From a virus, in IMG/VR virus record IMGVR_UViG_3300045995_000108, positions 51,429-115,428 of that record: a DNA stretch of 64,000 bases, one strand, 5' to 3'. The first letter of the stretch is position 1. Each line of letters begins with the position of its first letter. Position numbers and translations under genes: made by a program. Positions 56,005 to 64,000 of this stretch are shown here, in pieces. The notes beneath the pieces were generated by a model that was given only the letters and a program-made list of their open reading frames with translations, was not told the origin of the DNA and ran no database searches.

Positions 56005-57321
56005 ATGAAGCAACTCTCCCAACCCTACTTTTTGCGCACGATGAGTGATGCAGAAGTGCTTGAATACGAGAACGTATTGCGCATGGCCACCGCCGCAGTG
56101 GCAACCGCTACAGGCAAAGAAAAGGTCGAGATTGACCCCAAGATTGACGGTCCCGCACGTGAACGTCTTATCACTTCACGCATTGGCCTTTTGCTCAAGG
56201 CCCCGTTTTTTGGCAACATTGCAACCCGTTTGGAACTGCTAAACGGCAACGACTGGTGCCCCACTGCCGCAACTGACGGTCGTCGCTTTTACTACAATGA
56301 CAAGTTCGTGATGTCACTGCCCCTTAAGCAGTGCGAGTTCCTTATGGGCCACGAAGTGCTTCACGCTGTCTACGATCACAGTGCACGCCGCAACGGTCGC
56401 GATCCTAAGATCTGGAACTTTGCTTGCGACTTTGCAGTTAACCAAGACCTGATGGACCAACGCATCGGCGAGAAGATCACAGTGGTTAAGATTCTGCAGA
56501 ACGACAAGTACAAGAACATGTCTGCTGAAGAAATTTACGAAGACTTGGTGCAAAATGCATCCAAGATGGACTTGGAGCAATATGCCAAGATGCTGCTCGA
56601 CGAGCACTTGGACGCAGAGTCCGGCAATGGTCCTCAAATTTCCGACGAAGAACGCCGCGCTATCCGCGACGAATTGCAAGAAGCTGTACTGAGTGCCGCA
56701 GAAGCTGCTGGCGCTTCCAACTTGCCTGGCGGCGTGAAGCGTTTGTTGTCCCACTTGACTGCCCCAGTTATTAGCTGGAAGGAATTGTTGGAACAGCAAA
56801 TCCAAAGCACCGTGAAGTGTGATTTTTCCTTCTCCCGCCCGTCGCGTCGTAGCTGGCACATGGATGCTATCCTGCCAGGTATGATTGTTGGTGACGCAAT
56901 TGAAGTTGACATTGCAATTGACCAAAGCGGATCAATTGGACAAGAAGACGCCCGTGCGTTTTTGTCAGAAATCAAAGGCATTATGGAGTCTTACGAACAG
57001 TACAAGATTCGCGTATGGTGCTTTGACACTGAAGTTTACAATTGCCAAGAGTTCAACTCGGACAATATGGACTCCATTGAAAGCTACGAGCCAATGGGTT
57101 GCGGCGGCACTGACTTTATGTGCAACTGGCGTTTCATGCGTGAAAACGATATCCAGCCAAAGAAGTTCATCATGTTTACTGACGGTGTGCCGTTTGGTGA
57201 ATGGGGTGAAGAAGAATACTGCGACACTGTGTGGATCATCAAGGGTAACGAGAATTGCATTCCTCCTTGGGGCACCTGGGCTATTTACGAACAGAATGCT
57301 AAAGCAGCAAAGACTAACTAA
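56005..57321 (+). CDS. DUF2201-type metallopeptidase plus vWA domain protein
   Basis: TAATDG, HEVLH (HExxH), DQSGSI (MIDAS), GGTDF, FTDG. Confidence 0.88.
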   Translation: MKQLSQPYFLRTMSDAEVLEYENVLRMATAAVATATGKEKVEIDPKIDGPARERLITSRIGLLLKAPFFGNIATRLELLNGNDWCPTAATDGRRFYYNDKFVMSLPLKQCEFLMGHEVLHAVYDHSARRNGRDPKIWNFACDFAVNQDLMDQRIGEKITVVKILQNDKYKNMSAEEIYEDLVQNASKMDLEQYAKMLLDEHLDAESGNGPQISDEERRAIRDELQEAVLSAAEAAGASNLPGGVKRLLSHLTAPVISWKELLEQQIQSTVKCDFSFSRPSRRSWHMDAILPGMIVGDAIEVDIAIDQSGSIGQEDARAFLSEIKGIMESYEQYKIRVWCFDTEVYNCQEFNSDNMDSIESYEPMGCGGTDFMCNWRFMRENDIQPKKFIMFTDGVPFGEWGEEEYCDTVWIIKGNENCIPPWGTWAIYEQNAKAAKTN

Positions 57322-57329
57322 GGAATATT

Positions 57330-57713
57330 ATGTTTGAAGATACCCATGCAGCCGTTACTGAAGCTTGTGTCCCGTTGATGGACAAGGAAATGCGCGAGGA
57401 TTATGCACAGCATATGGCCCGTGCACCCGAAGGCACAACAGTAGTTGATCCCAACAAGCTGCCAAATCAAAACATTTTTGACTTTGGTGACAAGTTGCTC
57501 AATTTGCCCGAGACACTGGAAGCAGCAATCGAGCGCATTCGTGCGCTGGAAACTGCACTGGACGATTTGAATCGTGCTTCCGAGATCGCACAGTACAGTG
57601 GACAGTTTGAAGTGCTTACTTCTTTCCGTGCAGTGGCAGACGAGATTCTAGTGAACAAGATTACAGTGGACCACAGTGCGCCCACTGAAATGAACATTAC
57701 GATCATCGGTTAA
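57330..57713 (+). CDS. Hypothetical protein
   Basis: ORF with RBS. Confidence 0.65.
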   Translation: MFEDTHAAVTEACVPLMDKEMREDYAQHMARAPEGTTVVDPNKLPNQNIFDFGDKLLNLPETLEAAIERIRALETALDDLNRASEIAQYSGQFEVLTSFRAVADEILVNKITVDHSAPTEMNITIIG

Positions 57714-57714
57714 T

Positions 57715-58014
57715 ATGCCCCTAAAGTACGGCGAAGTTAATCCGCTTGTCGTGTTTGGACTGCGGCGCATGACACACATGCCGCCGCATTTCGAACCTAT
57801 CTTCTTTGATAACAAGGGCAACGACAAAGTAATCACAGACTGGGTTTGGGAAAACCTCGACGGTCGCTTCTTCTACGGTGACCATTACAGTGTTGGCAGC
57901 AATGGCGCTGTCGTACTACAAAAAGTAATCGCATTTGAGGAAAAGAGCGAAGCAAGCTACTTTGGCCTTATGCTATCCACAATCAACAATTCTACTGGTC
58001 TTCAGTTTATTTGA
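57715..58014 (+). CDS. Hypothetical protein
   Basis: ORF. Confidence 0.65.
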   Translation: MPLKYGEVNPLVVFGLRRMTHMPPHFEPIFFDNKGNDKVITDWVWENLDGRFFYGDHYSVGSNGAVVLQKVIAFEEKSEASYFGLMLSTINNSTGLQFI

Positions 58015-58088
58015 AATAAAAATATTTCGATGTGATTCTTCCTTGTTAAATAAATGTAGTTAAACATTACTTTAATAAGGAAGAATAC

Positions 58089-58322
58089 ATGACTGAAGTT
58101 CAACAAGAAACACAACCAGCTGAAGCAGCGCCAAGCTTGTCTATCAGCGATTTGATTGTACTCACTAACCTAACGCAAGCTGCCGCACAACGTGGCGCAA
58201 TTCGCGCAGATGAAATGCAATTGGTTGGTGCAGTGTATGACAAACTAATCGCATTTTTAACTGCCGCTGGTGCACTTACTCCAGCTGAAGCAGCAACAGA
58301 AACACCTGCTGAAGCAGTATAA
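58089..58322 (+). CDS. Hypothetical protein
   Basis: Late promoter and RBS. Confidence 0.7.
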   Translation: MTEVQQETQPAEAAPSLSISDLIVLTNLTQAAAQRGAIRADEMQLVGAVYDKLIAFLTAAGALTPAEAATETPAEAV

Positions 58323-58331
58323 GGAGCAAAT

Positions 58332-59039
58332 ATGAAACACGTCGGTAAACACGGAGACAAGAAAATTGTTCTCCTTTATAGGGAAGTTCCAGACGAAGGC
58401 CACATGTGCCTTTTGATTTACAGTGATGTCTTGCCCCGCATGATTCACGATGAAGTAATGAAAGTCGTGGAGAGCGATCTCGGACAAAATGCTAAGGAAA
58501 TTTCCGAAGTGTTGCACCGTTCGTTTATGCCAGACGGTCGTAAGATTCTTGAAGTCTTGCACCGTGAAGGAATGATCAAGAAGGTCCCAACTAATCAAGT
58601 GCTCATTACTCCTAACAACAAGTCAAGCGTTCGCTTAGACGAGTTGAACAAGATTCTCAATGAGATGGCACAAGGCGAACATGCAATTGCTCGCTTGGCA
58701 GAGTTGGATAAGAATGCAGGTATGACAGGCAAGCGTGGTCGCCCAGCTGACCCACGTGAAGTTGGCATGCCAGCAAATAGTCGTGCTAACGCACCAGTGG
58801 AAGGCAATACAGCGCCTGAAGCATTGGTTGCCGGCGTATTGAGTGACGCAGACTTAGCAAATCAAAGAGCAGCACAAGCAGCGACAATGCGAAAAAATGC
58901 AGAGTCTATGTTAGCAGAAGCTGCACGTTTGGAAGCAGAAGCGCAATCACTAAACCCTACACCGGTAAAAGCAAATGGCACAAGAAAAACCACAAAAACC
59001 ACAACCAAAGCCAAAGCGACCAAAAAGCAAGAAGCTTAA
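58332..59039 (+). CDS. Conserved hypothetical protein
   Basis: AAGGAG RBS. Confidence 0.7.
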   Translation: MKHVGKHGDKKIVLLYREVPDEGHMCLLIYSDVLPRMIHDEVMKVVESDLGQNAKEISEVLHRSFMPDGRKILEVLHREGMIKKVPTNQVLITPNNKSSVRLDELNKILNEMAQGEHAIARLAELDKNAGMTGKRGRPADPREVGMPANSRANAPVEGNTAPEALVAGVLSDADLANQRAAQAATMRKNAESMLAEAARLEAEAQSLNPTPVKANGTRKTTKTTTKAKATKKQEA

Positions 59040-59340
59040 TGTAGACAAGAGTGGCGTGAAGAAAGAATGGGAACGAATCCTACGTGAAGTAGACAAAGAG
59101 GACATTCCCATTGAAATGCTTGACGCCATAATGGTTACATTACAAGACGGCACACAAGTTAACATCAATATCAAAGAGCTATTGGCAGATGGAGCAGATC
59201 CTGACTCGCTAAGAGATCACATTGATGAGCGCTTGAATGCACTAGACCATATCATTGACGACGTTGACTTTTATATCAGCGTTGACTCTGTAAAGGACAC
59301 TGTGCAAAGTGCAACTGACTTGCTTCTAAAAGATTTATGA
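58975..59340 (+). CDS. Hypothetical protein
   Basis: ORF. Confidence 0.65.
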   Translation: MAQEKPQKPQPKPKRPKSKKLNVDKSGVKKEWERILREVDKEDIPIEMLDAIMVTLQDGTQVNINIKELLADGADPDSLRDHIDERLNALDHIIDDVDFYISVDSVKDTVQSATDLLLKDL

Positions 59341-59855
59341 TCCACGCAATATTCGCAGTAGACAAGTTTGGCGGAATGGGGCTCAATGGCACATTGCCTT
59401 GGCCCCACCATGCTGAAGACTTATCCTACTTTCAACACCAAACCGCGGGTCACATTGTCGTCATGGGACGCAATACGTGGGATGACCCAAAGATGCCAAA
59501 GCCTCTACCTGGTAGAGAAGTTTATGTGGCAACTAATAAACCCATTCAACATCCTAACACCATTAAAGGTGACCTCAAATCAGCATTGCTAGAGTTGGAA
59601 CGTGCTAACCCAAACAAGATTATTTGGGTTGTAGGCGGTCCTGCCATTTTAGAGCAATGCGCCGATGTATTGGACAAGATACATTTGACTCACCATAAGA
59701 GCAGTTACAAGGTAGATAGCAAGATAGACTTGAAGTCGTTCTTGTCGGGATGGATGCCACACACTGCGACATCTGCTCCTACCACTAACTGTTCATTCGT
59801 AACTTATGTCCCTATGTTTAAGAGGAAATCCTCTTCTGATATGGACCACGTTTAA
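59337..59855 (+). CDS. frd: Dihydrofolate reductase
   Basis: GTLPW...EDL, VVMGRNTW, PLPGR, VVGG. Confidence 0.92.
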   Translation: MIHAIFAVDKFGGMGLNGTLPWPHHAEDLSYFQHQTAGHIVVMGRNTWDDPKMPKPLPGREVYVATNKPIQHPNTIKGDLKSALLELERANPNKIIWVVGGPAILEQCADVLDKIHLTHHKSSYKVDSKIDLKSFLSGWMPHTATSAPTTNCSFVTYVPMFKRKSSSDMDHV

Positions 59856-60429
59856 CACCTGTTCGCATTGCGCTCATCTTAGCTCGTGCAGCAACGGTAT
59901 GAACCTTTCCATACATACCGTTGTTTTCACCTTTATTTGCTAACCCTATTTTCTCTTTAGTGGCATCTGCTACCTTAAGTCCCTTACGTGCGGCTGCTGA
60001 TTTACATTTTTGCTCATCAGTTAGTGCTTTGCCCAATTTTGCGACAGACATCTTTTTACGAGTTTCCTCTGACCTTGGGCCGCGACGTCTATTAGCTTCA
60101 CTGATTTTTGCACGATGACTTTCGGAAAACTTTATCCCAGCTGACCCTTCCCCACCATCTGTCTTGTTAAGTAAAATTCCAGTATTCAAATCTTTTCTTC
60201 CGAACCATCTTATAAGGCGTCGTTCAATTGCAAGAGATCCAATGTTGCTTAAATTGGTTTCTAATAGAACAATAAGTGATTTATCTTTTGGTAAAGTGAC
60301 ACCAGGGTGTGGCGAGAATGCTCTTAGGTCTTTACCTTTTCCGATATAATACGGTGTTCCTGCTTTGGCAGTGATTGAATCTTTGCTGCGTAGGTATGCA
60401 TAGACGTAATAAATATTAGTGTTGGACAT
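59818..60429 (-). mobile_element. Free-standing GIY-YIG homing endonuclease with NUMOD3 repeats
   Basis: YYVYAY...YYIGKG, ERRLI, LLNKTDGG, SEETRKKMS repeats; antisense insertion between frd and thyA. Confidence 0.85.
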
Positions 60430-60452
60430 ATAGCCTTTCTGGGTTGTCTAAA

Positions 60453-60496
60453 GTAGTTGGGAACGCCACATTCCGCGAGCTACACTAATATTTATA
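60453..60496 (-). promoter_or_regulatory. Late promoter TATAAATA plus leader hairpin for the homing endonuclease
   Basis: Minus strand TATAAATA(60496-60489), then GUAG...GGAA/UUCC...CUAC. Confidence 0.6.
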
Positions 60497-60540
60497 CCGA
60501 ATCTATTTACAATCAAATTTGATTCCTGTATAATTTACTA

Positions 60541-61392
60541 ATGAAACAATACCTCGACGCACTTCAATTAATTCTCGACAGCGGAAAAGTTAAAATGGAC
60601 CGCACATCAACAGGCACTATCAGTTACTTTGGGATGATGCAACGCTATATCTTAGCAGACGGCTTCCCGCTAGTAACAACAAAACGAGTCCCCTTCAAAT
60701 CAGTCCTCACAGAACTACTATGGTTCCTGGAAGGATCTGGTAACGAGCGGCGTTTAGCAGAGCTGCTATACGGCGAAGGGAACACTGAAGGTAAGAAAAC
60801 AATATGGACAAAGAATGCAGAAGCACCATATTGGATTGACAAGGCACAGTACGAAGGCGATCTTGGTCGCGTATACGGTGTGCAATGGCGCAACTGGACT
60901 AACCAGTTTGGCGAAGTAACAGATCAACTCTTGGAGTTAGTCAAGGGAATTAAGCAAGACCCGCACGGACGTCGACATATTATTACTGCATGGAATCCAG
61001 GAGAGCTATCTAAAATGGCACTCCCACCGTGTCATTGTTTTGCTCAATTTAACGTCGTTGATAATAAACTAGACTGTCTCATGTATCAACGATCCAACGA
61101 CTTCTTCTTGGGTTGCCCTTTCAACATCGCATCGTATGCACTGCTGACGCACATGGTTGCTCAAGTGTGCGGATTGCGAGTTGGCGAGCTAATTCACACC
61201 ACAGGCGATGCTCACATCTACTCCAATCACATGGAGCAAGTTAAAGAGCAGCTATCACGCACACCACACCCATTGCCTAAGCTGCACATGAGGATGAGAC
61301 CAGATGCCGACATTACAAAGTTCACTATGGACGACTTTATATTGGCAGACTACGTGCACCACGAAGAGATCAAAGGCGCAATGGCGGTATAA
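60541..61392 (+). CDS. thyA: Thymidylate synthase
   Basis: ELLWFL, YGVQWR, ALPPCH, YQRSND, PFNIASY, HIYSNH. Confidence 0.95.
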   Translation: MKQYLDALQLILDSGKVKMDRTSTGTISYFGMMQRYILADGFPLVTTKRVPFKSVLTELLWFLEGSGNERRLAELLYGEGNTEGKKTIWTKNAEAPYWIDKAQYEGDLGRVYGVQWRNWTNQFGEVTDQLLELVKGIKQDPHGRRHIITAWNPGELSKMALPPCHCFAQFNVVDNKLDCLMYQRSNDFFLGCPFNIASYALLTHMVAQVCGLRVGELIHTTGDAHIYSNHMEQVKEQLSRTPHPLPKLHMRMRPDADITKFTMDDFILADYVHHEEIKGAMAV

Positions 61393-61395
61393 ACA

Positions 61396-62364
61396 ATGAA
61401 ATTTTTAGTAACAGGCGGTGCCGGCTTTATCGGGCACAATGTAGTAAGACAACTAGAAGAGATGGGACACGATTGTGCAATCATTGACTCGTGTACAAAC
61501 TATAACTTCGTTCCGCAAGCGGAAATGGATTACTTGGTCGAGGCACGTTGCAAACGCATTAGTGCAGGGGTTGACTATGTTGACCTCCGCGAATATGATT
61601 CAGTAGCAGAGAGTCTTAGGCTTGCGCAACCAGAGACAGTCATTCACCTTGCATCCTTTCCTCGACAAAAGGTAGTAGGCGAACAGCCTGTATGGGCGTC
61701 TGAAGTAATGTGCTGTGCCCTTGTCAACTTGCTGGAAGAGTGCACCAAGAACAACGTCAAGCGTTTTGTGTACATTAGCTCAAGCATGGTATACGGCGAC
61801 TTTGCAAATGACGTCACCGAGGCTGCGGATTGCAACCCCCAAGGCTTGTACGGCATCATGAAGTACATGGGCGAACATATCGTTAAGGATTATGCAAAGC
61901 GTACTGGGATGGAATATGTAATCATTCGTCCAAGTGCAGTGTACGGTGAATGGGACGTAGAAGATCGTGTCGTCTCTAAGTTCATGCTTAACGCTATGCG
62001 TGGTGGCATTCTTAAGGTAAACGGACCAGACGAGGTATTAGACTTCTCTTACGTAGAAGAAACTGCGATGGGCATTGTGCTTGCTGCTACTCAACAATCT
62101 GCATCCAATAACATCTTTAACATCACACGCTCTGACACTAAGCTGTACACGTTGCTGGATGCAGCGAGTATTGCTATCAAAATTGCAGGCAAGGGAACTG
62201 GCATTGCAGGTGCCCGTGACCTCAACTTCCCTAAGCGTGGACGGTTGAACATTGACAAGGCACGTACACTGCTTGGTTACAATCCAAGGATCAGTGTAGA
62301 GGAAGGGTTCCAACGCTATCACGATTGGTTCAAGAACGATCCATATTGGAGCAAGACCATATAA
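61396..62364 (+). CDS. NAD-dependent sugar epimerase/dehydratase
   Basis: TGGAGFIG, SSSMVYG, YGIMK. Confidence 0.88.
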   Translation: MKFLVTGGAGFIGHNVVRQLEEMGHDCAIIDSCTNYNFVPQAEMDYLVEARCKRISAGVDYVDLREYDSVAESLRLAQPETVIHLASFPRQKVVGEQPVWASEVMCCALVNLLEECTKNNVKRFVYISSSMVYGDFANDVTEAADCNPQGLYGIMKYMGEHIVKDYAKRTGMEYVIIRPSAVYGEWDVEDRVVSKFMLNAMRGGILKVNGPDEVLDFSYVEETAMGIVLAATQQSASNNIFNITRSDTKLYTLLDAASIAIKIAGKGTGIAGARDLNFPKRGRLNIDKARTLLGYNPRISVEEGFQRYHDWFKNDPYWSKTI

Positions 62365-63263
62365 TGTCGTTCGCAAAAGAGAACACCAAAGTATTGCACT
62401 TAGAGTTAACTACTCGATGCAATGCTTCTTGCCCACAGTGTTCTCGCATGGACCCATCAACTAAATACACTGAAGACTATGACCTCACTTTAGACAGAAT
62501 TAAAGAACTGTTTTCTGAGGACTTCGTGCGACAGTTAGACAAGGTGTTTGCATGTGGTGACTTTGGTGATCCCGCTGCTGCAAAAAACTGTTTACCTATA
62601 CTCGAGTGGTTCAGGGAAGTAAATCCTGATATAACGTTAGGCATGAACACTAACGGCGGAATACGTAACACTGTATTTTGGACTGCGCTGGGACAGCTAC
62701 TAAACAAGCCATCAGACTACGTTGTATTCAGCATTGACGGGCTTGAGGACACCAATCACATCTACCGGGTCAACGTGCAGTGGAAACAAGTTATGTCCGC
62801 CGCTAAAGCGTTTATAAGTGCCGGCGGCTCTGCGCATTGGGATATGCTAGTATACGAGCATAACGAGCACCAAGTAGAAGAGTGCAAGAAGCTGGCAAAA
62901 GACATGGGGTTTACATGGTTTAGATGCAAGGTTAGCTCTAGATTTGCTACAAAACCCGTGCAATTCCTGAACCCACCCAAGAGCTACGCACCAGTGCACA
63001 GCGACGGCCCGGTTAAATGTCATGCACTGGAAGAGAAAAGTTTGTATGTTGCGGCAACAGGCAAACTCATGCCTTGCTGCTTTATGGGGCACAAGGTGTT
63101 TACTCTTACTGAGCCATTGAAAGGATTCCTTGACGATCCTGATTTTAAATCCATTTCAGAAGCATTAGCGACCACACCGCTTACAGTATGTAAAGAGTAC
63201 TGTAGCACCAACAACAATGTTAATCGGTTAAACAATCAATTTAGAGAGAATACACGACTATGA
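62364..63263 (+). CDS. Radical SAM protein with C-terminal SPASM-like cysteines
   Basis: CNASCPQC, GDP, TNGG, FSIDG, PCC. Confidence 0.85.
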   Translation: MSFAKENTKVLHLELTTRCNASCPQCSRMDPSTKYTEDYDLTLDRIKELFSEDFVRQLDKVFACGDFGDPAAAKNCLPILEWFREVNPDITLGMNTNGGIRNTVFWTALGQLLNKPSDYVVFSIDGLEDTNHIYRVNVQWKQVMSAAKAFISAGGSAHWDMLVYEHNEHQVEECKKLAKDMGFTWFRCKVSSRFATKPVQFLNPPKSYAPVHSDGPVKCHALEEKSLYVAATGKLMPCCFMGHKVFTLTEPLKGFLDDPDFKSISEALATTPLTVCKEYCSTNNNVNRLNNQFRENTRL

Positions 63264-64000
63264 TACAATTTACAGACTTACACGCACAATACGCAGAAGC
63301 AAAGACAGAGATTGATGCTGCTATAGCAAACGTCATTGCCAAGTCAAGCTTTATCACTGGCCCGTTAGTAGAACAGTTTGAAGCAGACTTTGCATCGTAC
63401 GTTGGGTCAGATGCTTGCTGCGCGACTGGATCAGGAACCAATGCTCTAATGTGCGCAATGATGGCAATAGGCATAGAAGCAGGTGATGAAGTTATTACAA
63501 CACCGCATACATTTATCTCTACATCAGAAGCAATCATCTGGCAAAATGCACGGCCTGTATTTGTGGACATTGACGAGCAGTATCAGATTGATGTAAACAA
63601 AATTGAAGCTGCCATTACTGATAAGACAAAGGCCATCTTGTTTGTTGACATGTATGGACAAACACCTGACATTGACAGATTAAAGGAAATTGCTGACAAG
63701 CATGACCTATGGTTAATCGAGGATGCTGCTCATGCAATTGGGTCATCGTACAAAGGTCAGTTGGTTGGCAGTCTAGTAGACTTGACTTGCTTCAGTTTTA
63801 ATCCAGTGAAGAATCTTGGTGCAATGGGCGATGCTGGTGCATTAACTGGTGACCCAGAACTTATTAAGAAAGCTAAGATGTACCGCGACCACGGTCGCGT
63901 GATTAAGTGGGACTTTGACCTTCGCGGCATTAACGCACGAATTGACAATTTTCAATCGCAAATTGTACGTGCCAAGTTACCTTACTTAAAGGGATGGTTG
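63260..64000 (+). CDS. DegT/DnrJ/EryC1 sugar aminotransferase (partial, runs off window)
   Basis: Manual translation: SGTNAL, GDEVI, EDAAHAIG, SFNPVKNLGAMGDAG. Confidence 0.88.
   Translation, partial: MIQFTDLHAQYAEAKTEIDAAIANVIAKSSFITGPLVEQFEADFASYVGSDACCATGSGTNALMCAMMAIGIEAGDEVITTPHTFISTSEAIIWQNARPVFVDIDEQYQIDVNKIEAAITDKTKAILFVDMYGQTPDIDRLKEIADKHDLWLIEDAAHAIGSSYKGQLVGSLVDLTCFSFNPVKNLGAMGDAGALTGDPELIKKAKMYRDHGRVIKWDFDLRGINARIDNFQSQIVRAKLPYLKGWL

Noticed and set aside
60541-61392. thyA as a dCMP/dUMP hydroxymethylase for pyrimidine modification
   Set aside because: Canonical PCH, YQRSxD and PFNIASY (Asn) motifs with adjacent DHFR indicate an ordinary thymidylate synthase.
1-64000. Stop-codon reassignment
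   Set aside because: Conserved genes are full length in the standard code and coding density is high.

Overview
The window is a 64-kb slice of a large, lytic, T4-related (Tevenvirinae-like/jumbo) dsDNA phage genome: dense, mostly + strand, standard code, with sigma70-type early promoters and T4-type TAAATA late promoters. From left to right it contains: early accessory genes with RNA ligase and a PNK-type kinase; phoH; a TctA/TctC transporter with sulfotransferase and methyltransferase; a lysis cassette (GH19 endolysin, two spanins, holin); DnaJ-ClpA; an array of putative capsid-targeted, protease-processed internal proteins including a kinase; family B DNA polymerase and a probable clamp; a 7-deazaguanine DNA-modification locus (dpdA-like, DpdL-like, folE, queD, queE, no queC in window) interleaved with glycosyltransferase and sugar-nucleotide genes; RNase H; a promoter-bounded early island (DGQH/ParB-like, HNHs, MoxR-vWA); DHFR, a GIY-YIG homing endonuclease and thyA; and sugar/radical-SAM genes. 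The best candidate for a new system is a deazaguanine pathway coupled to a GT4 glycosyltransferase and sugar enzymes (a possible glycosylated deazapurine), with a riboswitch-like pseudoknot RNA upstream of denV-queD. No tRNA, rRNA or CRISPR array was recognised. All family calls are from motif recognition by eye, not database searches.
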